DNA of 64,000 bases, from assembly GCA_964555965.1 (NCBI GenBank), contig CAZKUQ010000001.1, forward strand, positions 35,669 through 99,668, written 5' to 3'. Positions 51,718 through 61,947 of the stretch are shown here, in pieces. The translations under genes were made by a program, and so were the position numbers. Under the pieces are notes generated by a model. That model worked only from the letters and a program-made list of their open reading frames with translations. It was not told the origin of the DNA and made no database searches. This stretch comes from an uncultured Coxiellaceae bacterium (GTDB taxonomy: Bacteria > Pseudomonadota > Gammaproteobacteria > DSM-16500). The number at the start of each line of letters is the position of its first letter. The stretch's first letter is position 1.

Positions 51718-52797
51718 ATGAAAACTTTTATTATTGCTGAAGCAGGTGTCAATCATAATGGATCGTTAGAATTAGCAAGGCGCCTTGTTGATCTTGCTAA
51801 GAAAGCAGGTGCAGATGCAGTTAAGTTTCAAACTTTTCATGCAGAAGATTTAGTATGTTTGAGTGCGCCAAAAGCCGATTATCAAAAAGCGTCAACTTCC
51901 ACTAATGAATCACAATATGAAATGCTTAAGTCGCTTGAACTTAGTGAACAGGATCAAGTGAAATTACATCAATATTGTAAAGAACAAGAAATAATATTTT
52001 TATCTTCGCCATTTGATATGCGCGGTGTGAACTTTCTCTGTCAAACACTAGCATTATCTCTTATTAAAATTCCTTCAGGAGAAATTACTAATCTCCCATT
52101 ATTGTTAAAAGTCGCACAAACTGGTAAGCCAGTTATTTTATCGACAGGTATGAGCTCATTAGGTGAAATTGAAGAAGCCTTAGCTATTTTAGCATTTGGA
52201 TATTCTCATCCTTTAGAAGATATACATTTTTCAAAATATTCATATAATGAAATTTATTATTCAGATGCGGGACAAAAAATACTACAAGAAAAAGTATCAT
52301 TATTACATTGTACTTCTGAATACCCAGCGCCATTTGATGAAATAAATTTACGAGCAATTCAAACGTTACATCAGGCATTTGGATTACCTGTAGGATATTC
52401 GGATCACACATTAGGCATTGCTGTCGCCATTGCGGCTGTTGCATGTGGCGCTAAGATTATTGAGAAACATTTTACTTTAGATAAATCTCTGCCAGGCCCT
52501 GATCATCAGGCATCACTAGAGCCGCAAGATTTGACTGCGATGGTATCAGGTATTCGAGAAGTTGAACTAGCGCTTGGAAATGGCAAAAAACTTCCAACCA
52601 CAAGCGAACTTAAAAATCGATTAATTGCTCGCAAGAGTCTAGTAAGTTTAGAAAAAATTAATAAAGGCGAGTTTTTTTCTGAAAAAAATATAGGTTGCAA
52701 GAGACCAGGAAATGGGATTTCACCAATTAATTTTTACAATTATCAAGGCAAATGTGCTGAACGTAATTATGAAAAGGATGAGTTAATAGGAAATTAA
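51718..52797 (+). CDS. legI: N-acetylneuraminate-synthase family enzyme (legionaminic acid synthase, LegI/NeuB)
   Basis: FIIAEAGVNHNGSLELA, KFQTF, SSPFD, YSDHTLG and a C-terminal SAF domain. Start moved from 51685 to ATG 51718. Confidence 0.8.
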   Translation: MKTFIIAEAGVNHNGSLELARRLVDLAKKAGADAVKFQTFHAEDLVCLSAPKADYQKASTSTNESQYEMLKSLELSEQDQVKLHQYCKEQEIIFLSSPFDMRGVNFLCQTLALSLIKIPSGEITNLPLLLKVAQTGKPVILSTGMSSLGEIEEALAILAFGYSHPLEDIHFSKYSYNEIYYSDAGQKILQEKVSLLHCTSEYPAPFDEINLRAIQTLHQAFGLPVGYSDHTLGIAVAIAAVACGAKIIEKHFTLDKSLPGPDHQASLEPQDLTAMVSGIREVELALGNGKKLPTTSELKNRLIARKSLVSLEKINKGEFFSEKNIGCKRPGNGISPINFYNYQGKCAERNYEKDELIGN

Positions 52798-53442
52798 ATG
52801 GATAAGCCATCTGTTTTTATTTTAGGCGCGGGCGGGCATGCTAAAGTTTTATTAGACTGTCTCAGTTTAAATAAAAATATCACCATTCGAGGAATATTGG
52901 ATATAAACCAGCTATTGCATGGAAAATCAATTTTAGGTTTCCCAGTGATAGGTAGTGAAGATGAGATATTAAAAAATTATTTTCTTTCTAGTATTCAACT
53001 CGTGAACGGCATAGGATCAGTCAAAACAACCAGTCAACGAGAAAATATTTTTAATAAATTTAAAAATATTGGTTATCATTTTTTGAATGTAATACATCCT
53101 ACATCTTATGTTGGACAAGAAGTTATTTTAGGTGAAGGTGTTCAAGTCATGGCTGGAAGCACGATTCAAGCCGGTAGTCGTATTGGCGATAATGTTATTG
53201 TTAATACGCATGCTGTAGTTGATCATGATTGCGTCATTGAAGATCATGTTCATTTAGCACCAGGAGTTGTATGCTGCGGGAATGTGACTATTGGTAGAGG
53301 AACACATGTGGGGTCGGGTGCCGTTATTTTACAAGGAATTAATATTGGACCTAATTGTTTAATTGCAGCAGGAGCAGTGGTAACTCGTGATGTTGTTGCT
53401 GTCAGTAAAGTAGCAGGTATCCCCGCTAGAATAATGGAGTAA
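52798..53442 (+). CDS. legH: NeuD/PglD-family hexapeptide N-acetyltransferase (LegH-like)
   Basis: VFILGAGGHAKVLLD Rossmann-like N-terminus followed by LbH repeats (IGDNVIVNTHAVVDHDCVIEDHVHLAPG). Confidence 0.75.
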   Translation: MDKPSVFILGAGGHAKVLLDCLSLNKNITIRGILDINQLLHGKSILGFPVIGSEDEILKNYFLSSIQLVNGIGSVKTTSQRENIFNKFKNIGYHFLNVIHPTSYVGQEVILGEGVQVMAGSTIQAGSRIGDNVIVNTHAVVDHDCVIEDHVHLAPGVVCCGNVTIGRGTHVGSGAVILQGINIGPNCLIAAGAVVTRDVVAVSKVAGIPARIME

Positions 53443-53446
53443 AAAA

Positions 53447-54523
53447 ATGGACAAGGATGCAAAACAAACTTGGCATAATGTGTTAATTGATATCAAAACT
53501 TCTGTGCTTGCAGCTATCAATCAAATGAATGATAGCGCATGGCGTATCTTAATCGTAGTTGATAGTGATATGCATTTGTTGGGCGTCATTACTGACGGTG
53601 ATATTAGGCGTCATTTACTTAAGCAAGAAAGTTTAGAAGTACCTGTTGAACGGATTATGAAAAAAAATCCCATCACGGCTTTAGCATCAGAAAATCAAGA
53701 TCAACTATTAATGAAATTGCATTCGATGGGAATTTTACATTTACCCATTGTTGATGAAGAAAATCGTATCGTTGGTTTAGAAACGTTTGATAGCCTTTTT
53801 GCAAAAAAATCACGAGATAATTGGGTGATTTTTATGGCAGGAGGTATAGGGAAACGTTTACATCCTTTAACAATTGATTGTCCAAAACCTTTATTGAAGT
53901 TAGGCGATAAACCAATTTCAGAAATTTTGTTAGAAAATTTTGTTCGGTGTGGCTTCAAGCATTTTTATTTTTCAGTTAATTATAAAGCTGACATGATTCG
54001 TGATCACTTCGGATCAGGTGATCGATGGGGTGTGGAAATAAATTATATTGAAGAAGATGCAGCATTAGGAACAGCAGGAAGTTTAAGTCTTTTACCGGCT
54101 ATTCCAGCAAAGCCTTTTTTTGTTATTAATGCAGACATTTTAACGAATGTTAATTTTGATCATATACTTGATTTTCATCAAGAACAGAAAAATAAAATAT
54201 ATGCCACTCTCTGTGTGAGATTGCATCAAAATACCATTCCATTTGGTGTAGTACATATCAATGAATCAGATCATCGATTAGTTAATATAGAGGAAAAACC
54301 TAAAAAAGATTATTTTGTTAATGCAGGCATTTATATTTTAGAACCAACTTCATTGCGTCATTTATCATTTAATACCTATTGCGATATGCCAAATTTTTTA
54401 ACTAATCTCACCAAACAAAATTTACCTGTAGCTACTTTTCCTATCCGCGAATATTGGCTGGATATAGGCCATCACGATAATTTGGTGCAGGCAGCAACCG
54501 ATTATTTAGAAGTTTTTTCATGA
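53447..54523 (+). CDS. ptmE: CBS-pair plus sugar-1-phosphate nucleotidyltransferase (PtmE-like)
   Basis: N-terminal tandem CBS-like segments (LGVITDGDIRR, HLPIVDEENRIVG), then FMAGGIGKRLHPLT, the NTP-transferase G-loop. Confidence 0.7.
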   Translation: MDKDAKQTWHNVLIDIKTSVLAAINQMNDSAWRILIVVDSDMHLLGVITDGDIRRHLLKQESLEVPVERIMKKNPITALASENQDQLLMKLHSMGILHLPIVDEENRIVGLETFDSLFAKKSRDNWVIFMAGGIGKRLHPLTIDCPKPLLKLGDKPISEILLENFVRCGFKHFYFSVNYKADMIRDHFGSGDRWGVEINYIEEDAALGTAGSLSLLPAIPAKPFFVINADILTNVNFDHILDFHQEQKNKIYATLCVRLHQNTIPFGVVHINESDHRLVNIEEKPKKDYFVNAGIYILEPTSLRHLSFNTYCDMPNFLTNLTKQNLPVATFPIREYWLDIGHHDNLVQAATDYLEVFS

Positions 54524-54543
54524 CTCGTAGGAATCTAAAGTAA

Positions 54544-55722
54544 ATGAATATTCTTTGTTTAACACCATGGTTTCCAGCTCATCGCGAAGACCAACAGGGT
54601 AATTTTATTTTAGATTCGATAGAATCCCTAGTTGAACTTGGACACAACATAACAGTTTTATTAACACATCCTTGGAGACCATGGGCAGCTCAATTTCTTA
54701 ATAGAAAATGGCAAAGAAAAAAAATACAAATTGAACAATTTTCACAATTTCATTTTCATACTTGCCATTATTTTTCTATTCCACGAAGTTATTTTGCTTC
54801 GTTTTCACATTGGTCCTATCAAAAAAATGTCAACCATGTTTTGGAGAAGCTAGTATCAAAATATCAATGCCAGTTGATTCATGCTCATACAGAATTAGCA
54901 GGTATATCCGCTGTTAACATTGGACGTAAAATGAATATTCCAACAGTTGTTACGTTGCATGGGATTAGCACCGAAAAAAAATTATATGTAGGTAAAACAA
55001 GAAAATTATTATTTGAAAATACATTATCAAATGCAGATCGCGTTGTTGTAGTAGGTAAACCATTACTTGATTTTAGTAAGGAATTTGTAACAAATTTACA
55101 TCATTTCCGCGTGGTAGGAAATGGTTTTCGGCAATCTAATAACAATAATCGAGTGGTTAAAAAAATATTTATTGAAAATGTAATTCATTTTATTAGTGTA
55201 TCTAACTTAGAAGAAGGAAAGGGAATTGATATCAATCTACATGCACTTGCAAAATTAAAAAAATCTGGAATGACTCATTGGACATATAAAATAGTTGGCG
55301 ATGGGGCTGAACAAAAAAAACTTAAAAAACTTACTAACGAGTTAAATTTAAAAGATCATGTTACATTTATCGGGGCATGTGATCATCATGAAGTATACAG
55401 CCATCTACAACAATCAGATGCCTTTATTCTTCCCTCTTATCGTGAGGCATTTGGTGTTGCTTATTTAGAAGCAATGTCTTGTGGACTGTTAACACTTGGT
55501 GTGAAAGGACAAGGTCCTGAAGAATTTATTGAACATGAAAAAACGGGTTTGTTAGTAGATCCAAAAAATGTTGATGCATTGACTAATATGCTCAAATACA
55601 TATTAGAATCGCCAAAAAATATGATTGACATAGCCAATAATGGAAAACAACACGTGCATCGTTATTTTACTTGGCATGCTCATGCAAAAAATTTAGAAAA
55701 TGTTTATAGAGAACTCCTTTAA
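54544..55722 (+). CDS. GT4-family glycosyltransferase
   Basis: GT-B architecture. C-terminal FILPSYREAFGVAYLEAMSCG (EX7E region). Confidence 0.7.
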   Translation: MNILCLTPWFPAHREDQQGNFILDSIESLVELGHNITVLLTHPWRPWAAQFLNRKWQRKKIQIEQFSQFHFHTCHYFSIPRSYFASFSHWSYQKNVNHVLEKLVSKYQCQLIHAHTELAGISAVNIGRKMNIPTVVTLHGISTEKKLYVGKTRKLLFENTLSNADRVVVVGKPLLDFSKEFVTNLHHFRVVGNGFRQSNNNNRVVKKIFIENVIHFISVSNLEEGKGIDINLHALAKLKKSGMTHWTYKIVGDGAEQKKLKKLTNELNLKDHVTFIGACDHHEVYSHLQQSDAFILPSYREAFGVAYLEAMSCGLLTLGVKGQGPEEFIEHEKTGLLVDPKNVDALTNMLKYILESPKNMIDIANNGKQHVHRYFTWHAHAKNLENVYRELL

Positions 55723-55728
55723 GGAAAC

Positions 55729-56847
55729 ATGATGACACAAAATCAGTGTCAAAATATTTTAATGATCTATATTGAACCTACTCCATATATATTGGGCCTT
55801 ATCGAAACACTAAAACAATATTGGGAAGGTAAAATAGATGTTTTATTTTTATCTGAAAATAATTCACAAAATTGGAATATTCAATGCAAAAATAAATATA
55901 AAGTGTTGTCTAAAAATAGTATTAAAAAAATGTATCAACTGGTTTCCCAGCTTTCACAAAAAAAATATGATTGCGTTCATGTCGCAGGATGGGGAAGTAT
56001 TTCATTAATTTTGTTGATTGCTATCTCTAAATTTAAAAAATTATTCGTTACTATAGAATCTGATACGCCTATTCCTCATTATACCAAACCATGGAAACAA
56101 ATAATAAAACGTTTATTTTACCCCATCATTTTTAGGTTAGTGGATTTGTTTTTGCCTGGTGGAAAAAGGCAAGCGAAGTATATTGAAAATTTTGGTGTTA
56201 ATTCGGAATATATTTATCCTGTAAATATGACTGTCGATGTCACTAGCATTAAACAATATGCTGCTACGCTTAGTTATGATGATCGTCTTATGTTACGCCA
56301 GCGTTATAAAATTTCAGAACATGATGTAGTTTTTCTTTATGTAGGTAGACTAGAAACGTATAAAGGAATAAAAGATCTTATTACTTCGTTCAGCCATATT
56401 AATAATGAATCAGCAAGATTATTAATTGTAGGAGATGGTACTTTGCGAAGCGAGGTTGAACATGCTGCCAAAATGAATAAAAAAATCCATTATGTTGGAT
56501 CACTTTCAGGCAGCAAATTAATGAATATTTATTTTGTATCAGATATTTTGACTTTACCATCGCACCGCGATGCTTGGGGATTAGTGATTAACGAAGCAAT
56601 GGCCATGGAGTTACCAGTCATCGTTACAGACCGAGTAGGTTGTATAGAAGATTTAGTGATACATCATGAAACCGGGTTAATTGTTCCTGCTGAAGAGGTT
56701 AACGAATTAAAGTGCGCAATGGAATATATGATAACAGCTTCGCAGAAACGAATAATGATGGGCAAAAATGCAGCTCAAAGAATTTCTGACTGGACATTAG
56801 AAAATGAAGCTCAGAAAATGTGTCATGCATGGAATCAATTACGATAA
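55729..56847 (+). CDS. GT4-family glycosyltransferase
   Basis: LPSHRDAWGLVINEAMAMELPVIVTD (EX7E region). Confidence 0.7.
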   Translation: MMTQNQCQNILMIYIEPTPYILGLIETLKQYWEGKIDVLFLSENNSQNWNIQCKNKYKVLSKNSIKKMYQLVSQLSQKKYDCVHVAGWGSISLILLIAISKFKKLFVTIESDTPIPHYTKPWKQIIKRLFYPIIFRLVDLFLPGGKRQAKYIENFGVNSEYIYPVNMTVDVTSIKQYAATLSYDDRLMLRQRYKISEHDVVFLYVGRLETYKGIKDLITSFSHINNESARLLIVGDGTLRSEVEHAAKMNKKIHYVGSLSGSKLMNIYFVSDILTLPSHRDAWGLVINEAMAMELPVIVTDRVGCIEDLVIHHETGLIVPAEEVNELKCAMEYMITASQKRIMMGKNAAQRISDWTLENEAQKMCHAWNQLR

Positions 56848-56867
56848 GAAAATGGAGAAAAAGTTAC

Positions 56868-57800
56868 ATGAAAGCACTTGTTACGGGTGGTGCAGGCTTT
56901 ATCGGATCAAATTTAGTTAAAGCACTTATCAATCAGGGCGACAACGTTGTTGTGATTGATAATTTGTTATCAGGTTATAAAAAAAATCTTGCTGCGATTC
57001 CTGAAGTTGATTTTATTGAAGGAGACATACGCGATTCAGATTTACTTAACAAAATAATGAATGAAGTGGAAGTAGTATATCATCTTGCCGCATCAGTAGG
57101 AAATAAACGCTCAATAGAACATCCATTTTTGGATGCCGATATCAATGTGATGGGTACACTCAATATTCTGGAAATAGCTCGTCAACATAAAGTGAAAAAA
57201 ATAATTATTTCTTCATCTGCGGGAGTATTTGGCGAATTAAAATTATTACCGATTAAAGAAGACCATCCCATTGAACCTCGTACCCCTTATGCCAGTTCAA
57301 AATTATATGCGGAAAAAGTGTCGCTTTCTTATGCGGATCTTTATGATATGGATGTTGTTTGTTTGCGTTATTTTAACGTTTATGGTCCTCATCAACGATT
57401 TGATGCATATGGTAATGTAATCCCTATTTTTACTTTTAAGTTGTTAAGAGGTGAAACATTATCCGTTTATGGTGACGGTGAACAAACGCGAGATTTTGTT
57501 AATGTTAATGATATTGTTCAGGCAAATATAAAAGCAGCAAAGACAGATGGATTAACTGGTGTGTTTAATATTGCCAGCGGAACGCAAATTACGATTAATC
57601 AACTTATTGGTGAGTTGATTACTGTTTCAGAAATTAGCCCTGCCATAAAATATAAGAATCCTCGACCAGGTGATGTAAGAGATAGTTTAGCTGATATTAA
57701 TGCTGCACAACGTGCATTTAATTATTCTCCTTATGTAAATTTACAAGCAGGATTAAGAGAATATGTAAATTGGGCTAAATCAGAATTAAATACTGATTGA
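56868..57800 (+). CDS. NAD-dependent UDP-sugar 4-epimerase (WbpP/TviC-like)
   Basis: ALVTGGAGFIGSNL, YASSK and PGDVRDSLADI motifs. Start moved from 56820 to ATG 56868 (GGAG upstream). Confidence 0.65.
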   Translation: MKALVTGGAGFIGSNLVKALINQGDNVVVIDNLLSGYKKNLAAIPEVDFIEGDIRDSDLLNKIMNEVEVVYHLAASVGNKRSIEHPFLDADINVMGTLNILEIARQHKVKKIIISSSAGVFGELKLLPIKEDHPIEPRTPYASSKLYAEKVSLSYADLYDMDVVCLRYFNVYGPHQRFDAYGNVIPIFTFKLLRGETLSVYGDGEQTRDFVNVNDIVQANIKAAKTDGLTGVFNIASGTQITINQLIGELITVSEISPAIKYKNPRPGDVRDSLADINAAQRAFNYSPYVNLQAGLREYVNWAKSELNTD

Positions 57801-57810
57801 GAAATTTTCT

Positions 57811-59037
57811 ATGCACGTATTAATCGTATCACAGTATTTCTGGCCAGAAACATTCAGAATTAATGACTTAGCAGAAGGATTAGTAGAGCGTGGGCATAAA
57901 GTAACAGTTTTGACGGGCAAGCCTAATTATCCGACAGGGCGTTTATTTCCTGGATATCGATTACTTGGAAAAACTAGAGAGTTGTACAAAGAAATTGAAA
58001 TTATTAGATCTCCCATTATTCCAAGAGGAAAATCTAAAATTCAATTAGCTTTAAATTACTTATCTTTTTCTATATTTGCTAGCATCATGGGAACGATAAA
58101 GTGCAAACGCCCCGATGTTATTTTTGTTTTTGAGCCATCGCCTATTACTGTTGGATTACCAGCTATTTTTTTGAAGAAATTAAAAAAATCACCCATTCTA
58201 TTTTGGGTACAAGATTTATGGCCAGAAAGCGTGGTAGCAGTTAATGCAGTTCATTCAAAAAAAATTTTATTTTGGTTAGAGAAACTGGTGCATTTCATTT
58301 ATGCTCGTTGCGATTACATTTTAACTACTTCTAGATCATTTTTTAGCTCAATCAAAAAATTTGATGTTCCACAAGAAAAATTACATTATTTCCCTCAAAC
58401 GGCTGAATCATTCTACAAACCGCTTGATCCAATTTTGTGTGTAGAAGAAGATAAACTGCTGCCAAAAGGATTTCGTATTGTATTTTCAGGAAATATAGGA
58501 ACTGCTCAAGATATTGAAACAATTTTAGGAGCAGCAAAATTATTAAGAGATTATCAAGATATCAAATGGATATTTTTAGGTGATGGATCAAAGAGAAGAT
58601 GGTTGCAAAATGAAATTATTCAAAATAAATTAACGGATACAGTTTATTGGCTTGGACATTATCCAGTAGAAAGGATGCCGCGATTTTTTGCATGCGCAGA
58701 TGCATTATTAGTGACTCTAAAAAAGGATCCTGTTTTTTCTTTAACGATTCCTGGCAAAATCCAATCTTATTTAGCTTGTGCAAAACCTGTGGTTGCAGCA
58801 TTAGATGGTGAAGGAAAAGAAGTGATTGAAGAATCAAAAGCTGGCTTTGTTACTCATAGCGGTGATTCCGAATCGCTAGCAAAAATAACTATTAGTATGT
58901 ACGATCTTGATGATGCCGAACGTAAAAAAATGGGATTGAATGGTAAAAATTATTTTAACGAACATTTTCAGCGAGATTTGCTTTTGCAAAAACTTGAAAA
59001 TTGGATGATGGAATTGAAGGATAAAAAAATAAAATGA
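57811..59037 (+). CDS. GT4 glycosyltransferase, WbuB/WcaI-like (L-6-deoxy-hexosamine transferase type)
   Basis: N-terminus MHVLIVSQYFWPETFRINDLAEGLVERGHKVTVLTGKPNYP is characteristic of the WbuB/WcaI subgroup. Confidence 0.65.
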   Translation: MHVLIVSQYFWPETFRINDLAEGLVERGHKVTVLTGKPNYPTGRLFPGYRLLGKTRELYKEIEIIRSPIIPRGKSKIQLALNYLSFSIFASIMGTIKCKRPDVIFVFEPSPITVGLPAIFLKKLKKSPILFWVQDLWPESVVAVNAVHSKKILFWLEKLVHFIYARCDYILTTSRSFFSSIKKFDVPQEKLHYFPQTAESFYKPLDPILCVEEDKLLPKGFRIVFSGNIGTAQDIETILGAAKLLRDYQDIKWIFLGDGSKRRWLQNEIIQNKLTDTVYWLGHYPVERMPRFFACADALLVTLKKDPVFSLTIPGKIQSYLACAKPVVAALDGEGKEVIEESKAGFVTHSGDSESLAKITISMYDLDDAERKKMGLNGKNYFNEHFQRDLLLQKLENWMMELKDKKIK

Positions 59038-59936
59038 AAATTTTAATTTTAGGTGGCGATGGAATGCTGGGTCATCAACTATTTTTAAATCTAAAAAAAA
59101 ATCACGTTGTATTCACCACCTTGCGCCAGGATACTGCTGCCTATAAACACTATCAACTATTCGATCACCATAATAGTTATTTCAAAATCGATGTGTGTCG
59201 TGAAAGTGATATTAAACGCGTGATAGACGATGTTCAGCCACAAGTTATCATCAACGCGGTTGGTATTGTTAAACAACGTGATTCTGCAAAAGAATTTATT
59301 CCTAGCTTAGAAATTAATGCACTTTTTCCACATCGCCTAGCAAGGTTATGTGAAGAATATAAAATACGCATGATTCACTTTAGCACGGATTGCGTTTTTT
59401 CCGGAAGGCAAGGTAAATATACTGAAAATGATCCATCTGATGCTGAAGATCTTTATGGAAAAAGTAAACATTTAGGCGAGCTTTATGATAAGCATTGTGT
59501 CACAATTCGATCGTCAATTATTGGACTGGAATTAGCAAGAAAAACCGGATTAATTGAATGGTTTCTTGCTCAGCGTGGGATCATAAAAGGTTTTAGACGT
59601 GCTATTTACAGTGGTTTAACAACGCAAGAAATGAACCGTGTGATTGAGTGTATTTTAATACAGTATCCTGATCTTTATGGTGTATGGCATGTTTCATCAG
59701 AATTTATTAATAAATATGAATTACTAATGCGTTTAGCTAAAAAATTAGGGCGTAATGACATAGAGATTCAGCCAGATGATAAGTTTATATGCGATCGTAG
59801 TTTGATTGGCGCTGCTTTTAAAAAAGCAACAGGCTATCAAGCACCAAGTTGGGATATGATGCTAGATGAATTAGCCCATCAAATTAAACAGCGCAATGAA
59901 TTAAATATATCACGAGAAATACCATGCAATTATTAA
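59034..59936 (+). CDS. RmlD-like SDR reductase (WbvR/4-keto-6-deoxy-sugar reductase type)
   Basis: KILILGGDGMLG, STDCVF and YGKSK motifs. 300 aa. ATGA overlap with the upstream gene. Confidence 0.6.
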   Translation: MKILILGGDGMLGHQLFLNLKKNHVVFTTLRQDTAAYKHYQLFDHHNSYFKIDVCRESDIKRVIDDVQPQVIINAVGIVKQRDSAKEFIPSLEINALFPHRLARLCEEYKIRMIHFSTDCVFSGRQGKYTENDPSDAEDLYGKSKHLGELYDKHCVTIRSSIIGLELARKTGLIEWFLAQRGIIKGFRRAIYSGLTTQEMNRVIECILIQYPDLYGVWHVSSEFINKYELLMRLAKKLGRNDIEIQPDDKFICDRSLIGAAFKKATGYQAPSWDMMLDELAHQIKQRNELNISREIPCNY

Positions 59937-61117
59937 AAGTTATGACCATAGTAGGGACTCGTCCTGAAATTATTAAATTGAGCCGTGTGATTGCCGAATT
60001 AGAAAAATATACGAATCACATTTTGGTGCATTCCGGACAAAATTACGATTATGAATTAAACGAAATTTTTTTCCATGATTTAGAAATTAAAAAACCAGAT
60101 TACTATCTTGAAGCAGCAGATAAAAATGCGGCAAAAACAATTGGTCAAGTCATTATTAAAACAGATGAAATATTAGAAAAAGAAAAACCAGATGCTGTTT
60201 TAGTTTACGGTGATACAAATAGCTGTCTTTCTGTGCTTGCGGCAAAAAGACAAAAAATCCCTGTATTTCATATGGAAGCAGGCAATCGATGCTTCGATCA
60301 ACGCGTTCCGGAAGAAATTAATCGAAAAATTCTAGATCACATCAGTGATGTCAATTTAACGCTATCAGAACATGCACGACGCTATTTACTTTCTGAAGGA
60401 TTACGTCCAGATACGATTATTAAAATTGGCTCATGCATGCAAGAAGTATTTAATTATTATATGGCCGGTATAAAAGCGTCGACGGTTTTGGATGAATTAG
60501 ATTTAATGCCAGGAAACTATTTTATTGTTAGTACTCACCGCGAAGAAAATGTCGATTCAAAAGAAAATTTAATAGACTTACTAACAACTTTAAATGTTAT
60601 TGCAGAAAAATATAATAAAAAAGTGATTGTCTCAACACATCCACGTACACGTTTACGTTTAGAATCGCTACGTAACGACGATAATTTGATAGAAATGGAT
60701 ACTCGCATTCTATTTTTGAAACCTTTCGGTTTTTTAGCATATAGCAAATTACAGCAAGAAGCGTATTGTGTGCTTTCTGATAGCGGTAGCTTGACAGAAG
60801 ATTCAACAATTTTAAATTTTCCTGCTGTTGCAATACGTCAAACACACGAACGTCCTGAAGGAATGGATGTAGGAACGTTAATCATGAGTGGACTTAAAAA
60901 AGAAAGGGTTATTCAAGCCATCAATGTTGTCACACAACAACAGCAAAAAAATCAACGGAATTTTGCTTTAGTACCTGATTACATAGTTGATAACGTATCA
61001 CAAAAAGTAATTAGAATAATATTAAGCTACACAGATTATGTAAATAGAGTTATTTGGCATAAAGAAATAAAAAATTTACAAGGATTAAATTTAGAATCAG
61101 AGCTAGTTAATATTTAA
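59924..61117 (+). CDS. Non-hydrolysing UDP-N-acetyl-hexosamine 2-epimerase (WecB/FnlC/WbvD-like)
   Basis: VMTIVGTRPEIIKL, YGDTNS, HMEAGNR and SDSGSLTEDS motifs. Confidence 0.8.
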   Translation: MQLLKVMTIVGTRPEIIKLSRVIAELEKYTNHILVHSGQNYDYELNEIFFHDLEIKKPDYYLEAADKNAAKTIGQVIIKTDEILEKEKPDAVLVYGDTNSCLSVLAAKRQKIPVFHMEAGNRCFDQRVPEEINRKILDHISDVNLTLSEHARRYLLSEGLRPDTIIKIGSCMQEVFNYYMAGIKASTVLDELDLMPGNYFIVSTHREENVDSKENLIDLLTTLNVIAEKYNKKVIVSTHPRTRLRLESLRNDDNLIEMDTRILFLKPFGFLAYSKLQQEAYCVLSDSGSLTEDSTILNFPAVAIRQTHERPEGMDVGTLIMSGLKKERVIQAINVVTQQQQKNQRNFALVPDYIVDNVSQKVIRIILSYTDYVNRVIWHKEIKNLQGLNLESELVNI

Positions 61118-61164
61118 CCATATATTTTGATTTTAAAAAGATTTTTTTAATAAAGAAAATTAAC

Positions 61165-61944
61165 ATGAACAGTTTAGATATAAAACGTCGCCTCGGATAT
61201 TATTGGCCTGCACGCCAACAAAATAGAAAAATTATATTATTGTATCATTCTGTTGGAGATACGACCTGGGCTATGTCTGAATATGATTTTTCTATTCAAA
61301 TGGATTGGTTAGCTGACCATTGTAAAATTCTTTCTTTAACGGACTTAATACATTCAGAGCCAAGCGAAGATTTACAAGTAGCCATCACTTTTGATGATGG
61401 TTATCGAACACTGCATCATTATGTCGCTCCTATTTTAGTTAAAAAAAATATGAGCGGAATGGTATATCTAAATACTGGTTGGATTAGTGACACGGATAAT
61501 CAGCGTAAACTCTCTGTGCCAGAATTAGGACATTACCCTGATGAATCATTTTTAACTTGGCAAGAAGTAAAAGAATTGCATCAAATGAGTTGGGAAATTG
61601 GTTCGCATGGGGCAAATCATTATGATTTTTCCAAGCTCTCTGAAGATATGGTAAAACAAGAATTATCTCAATCAAAACATGATATTGAAGATAATTTAAA
61701 AATTCCCTGCACACATTTTTCTTATCCTTGGGGAAAATATTCAGCATACACAAAAAAAATTGTGAAACAAGTAGGTTATCAATATGCTGTTGCAGCTCGT
61801 CATAACAAGATAAGTATCAATTCTGATTGGTTAGCATTACCAAGGATGAATATTTCTAGAGATTATTCCTTTAATGATTTTAAAAATATTGTTAAAGGAA
61901 AATGGGATTATCTCGGAATACTTCATCAGCTAAAAGGATTATAA
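61165..61944 (+). CDS. Polysaccharide deacetylase (NodB homology domain)
   Basis: ITFDDGYRT and GSHGANH motifs. Confidence 0.7.
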   Translation: MNSLDIKRRLGYYWPARQQNRKIILLYHSVGDTTWAMSEYDFSIQMDWLADHCKILSLTDLIHSEPSEDLQVAITFDDGYRTLHHYVAPILVKKNMSGMVYLNTGWISDTDNQRKLSVPELGHYPDESFLTWQEVKELHQMSWEIGSHGANHYDFSKLSEDMVKQELSQSKHDIEDNLKIPCTHFSYPWGKYSAYTKKIVKQVGYQYAVAARHNKISINSDWLALPRMNISRDYSFNDFKNIVKGKWDYLGILHQLKGL

Positions 61945-61947
61945 ATT

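Noticed and set aside
27643-52797. The two NeuB-family genes as a recent tandem-type duplication
   Set aside because: The proteins differ substantially in sequence (AEMSGNHNQS against AEAGVNHNGS, with different lengths and flanks). Each sits with its pathway-specific partners, so they are distinct PseI-type and LegI-type enzymes.
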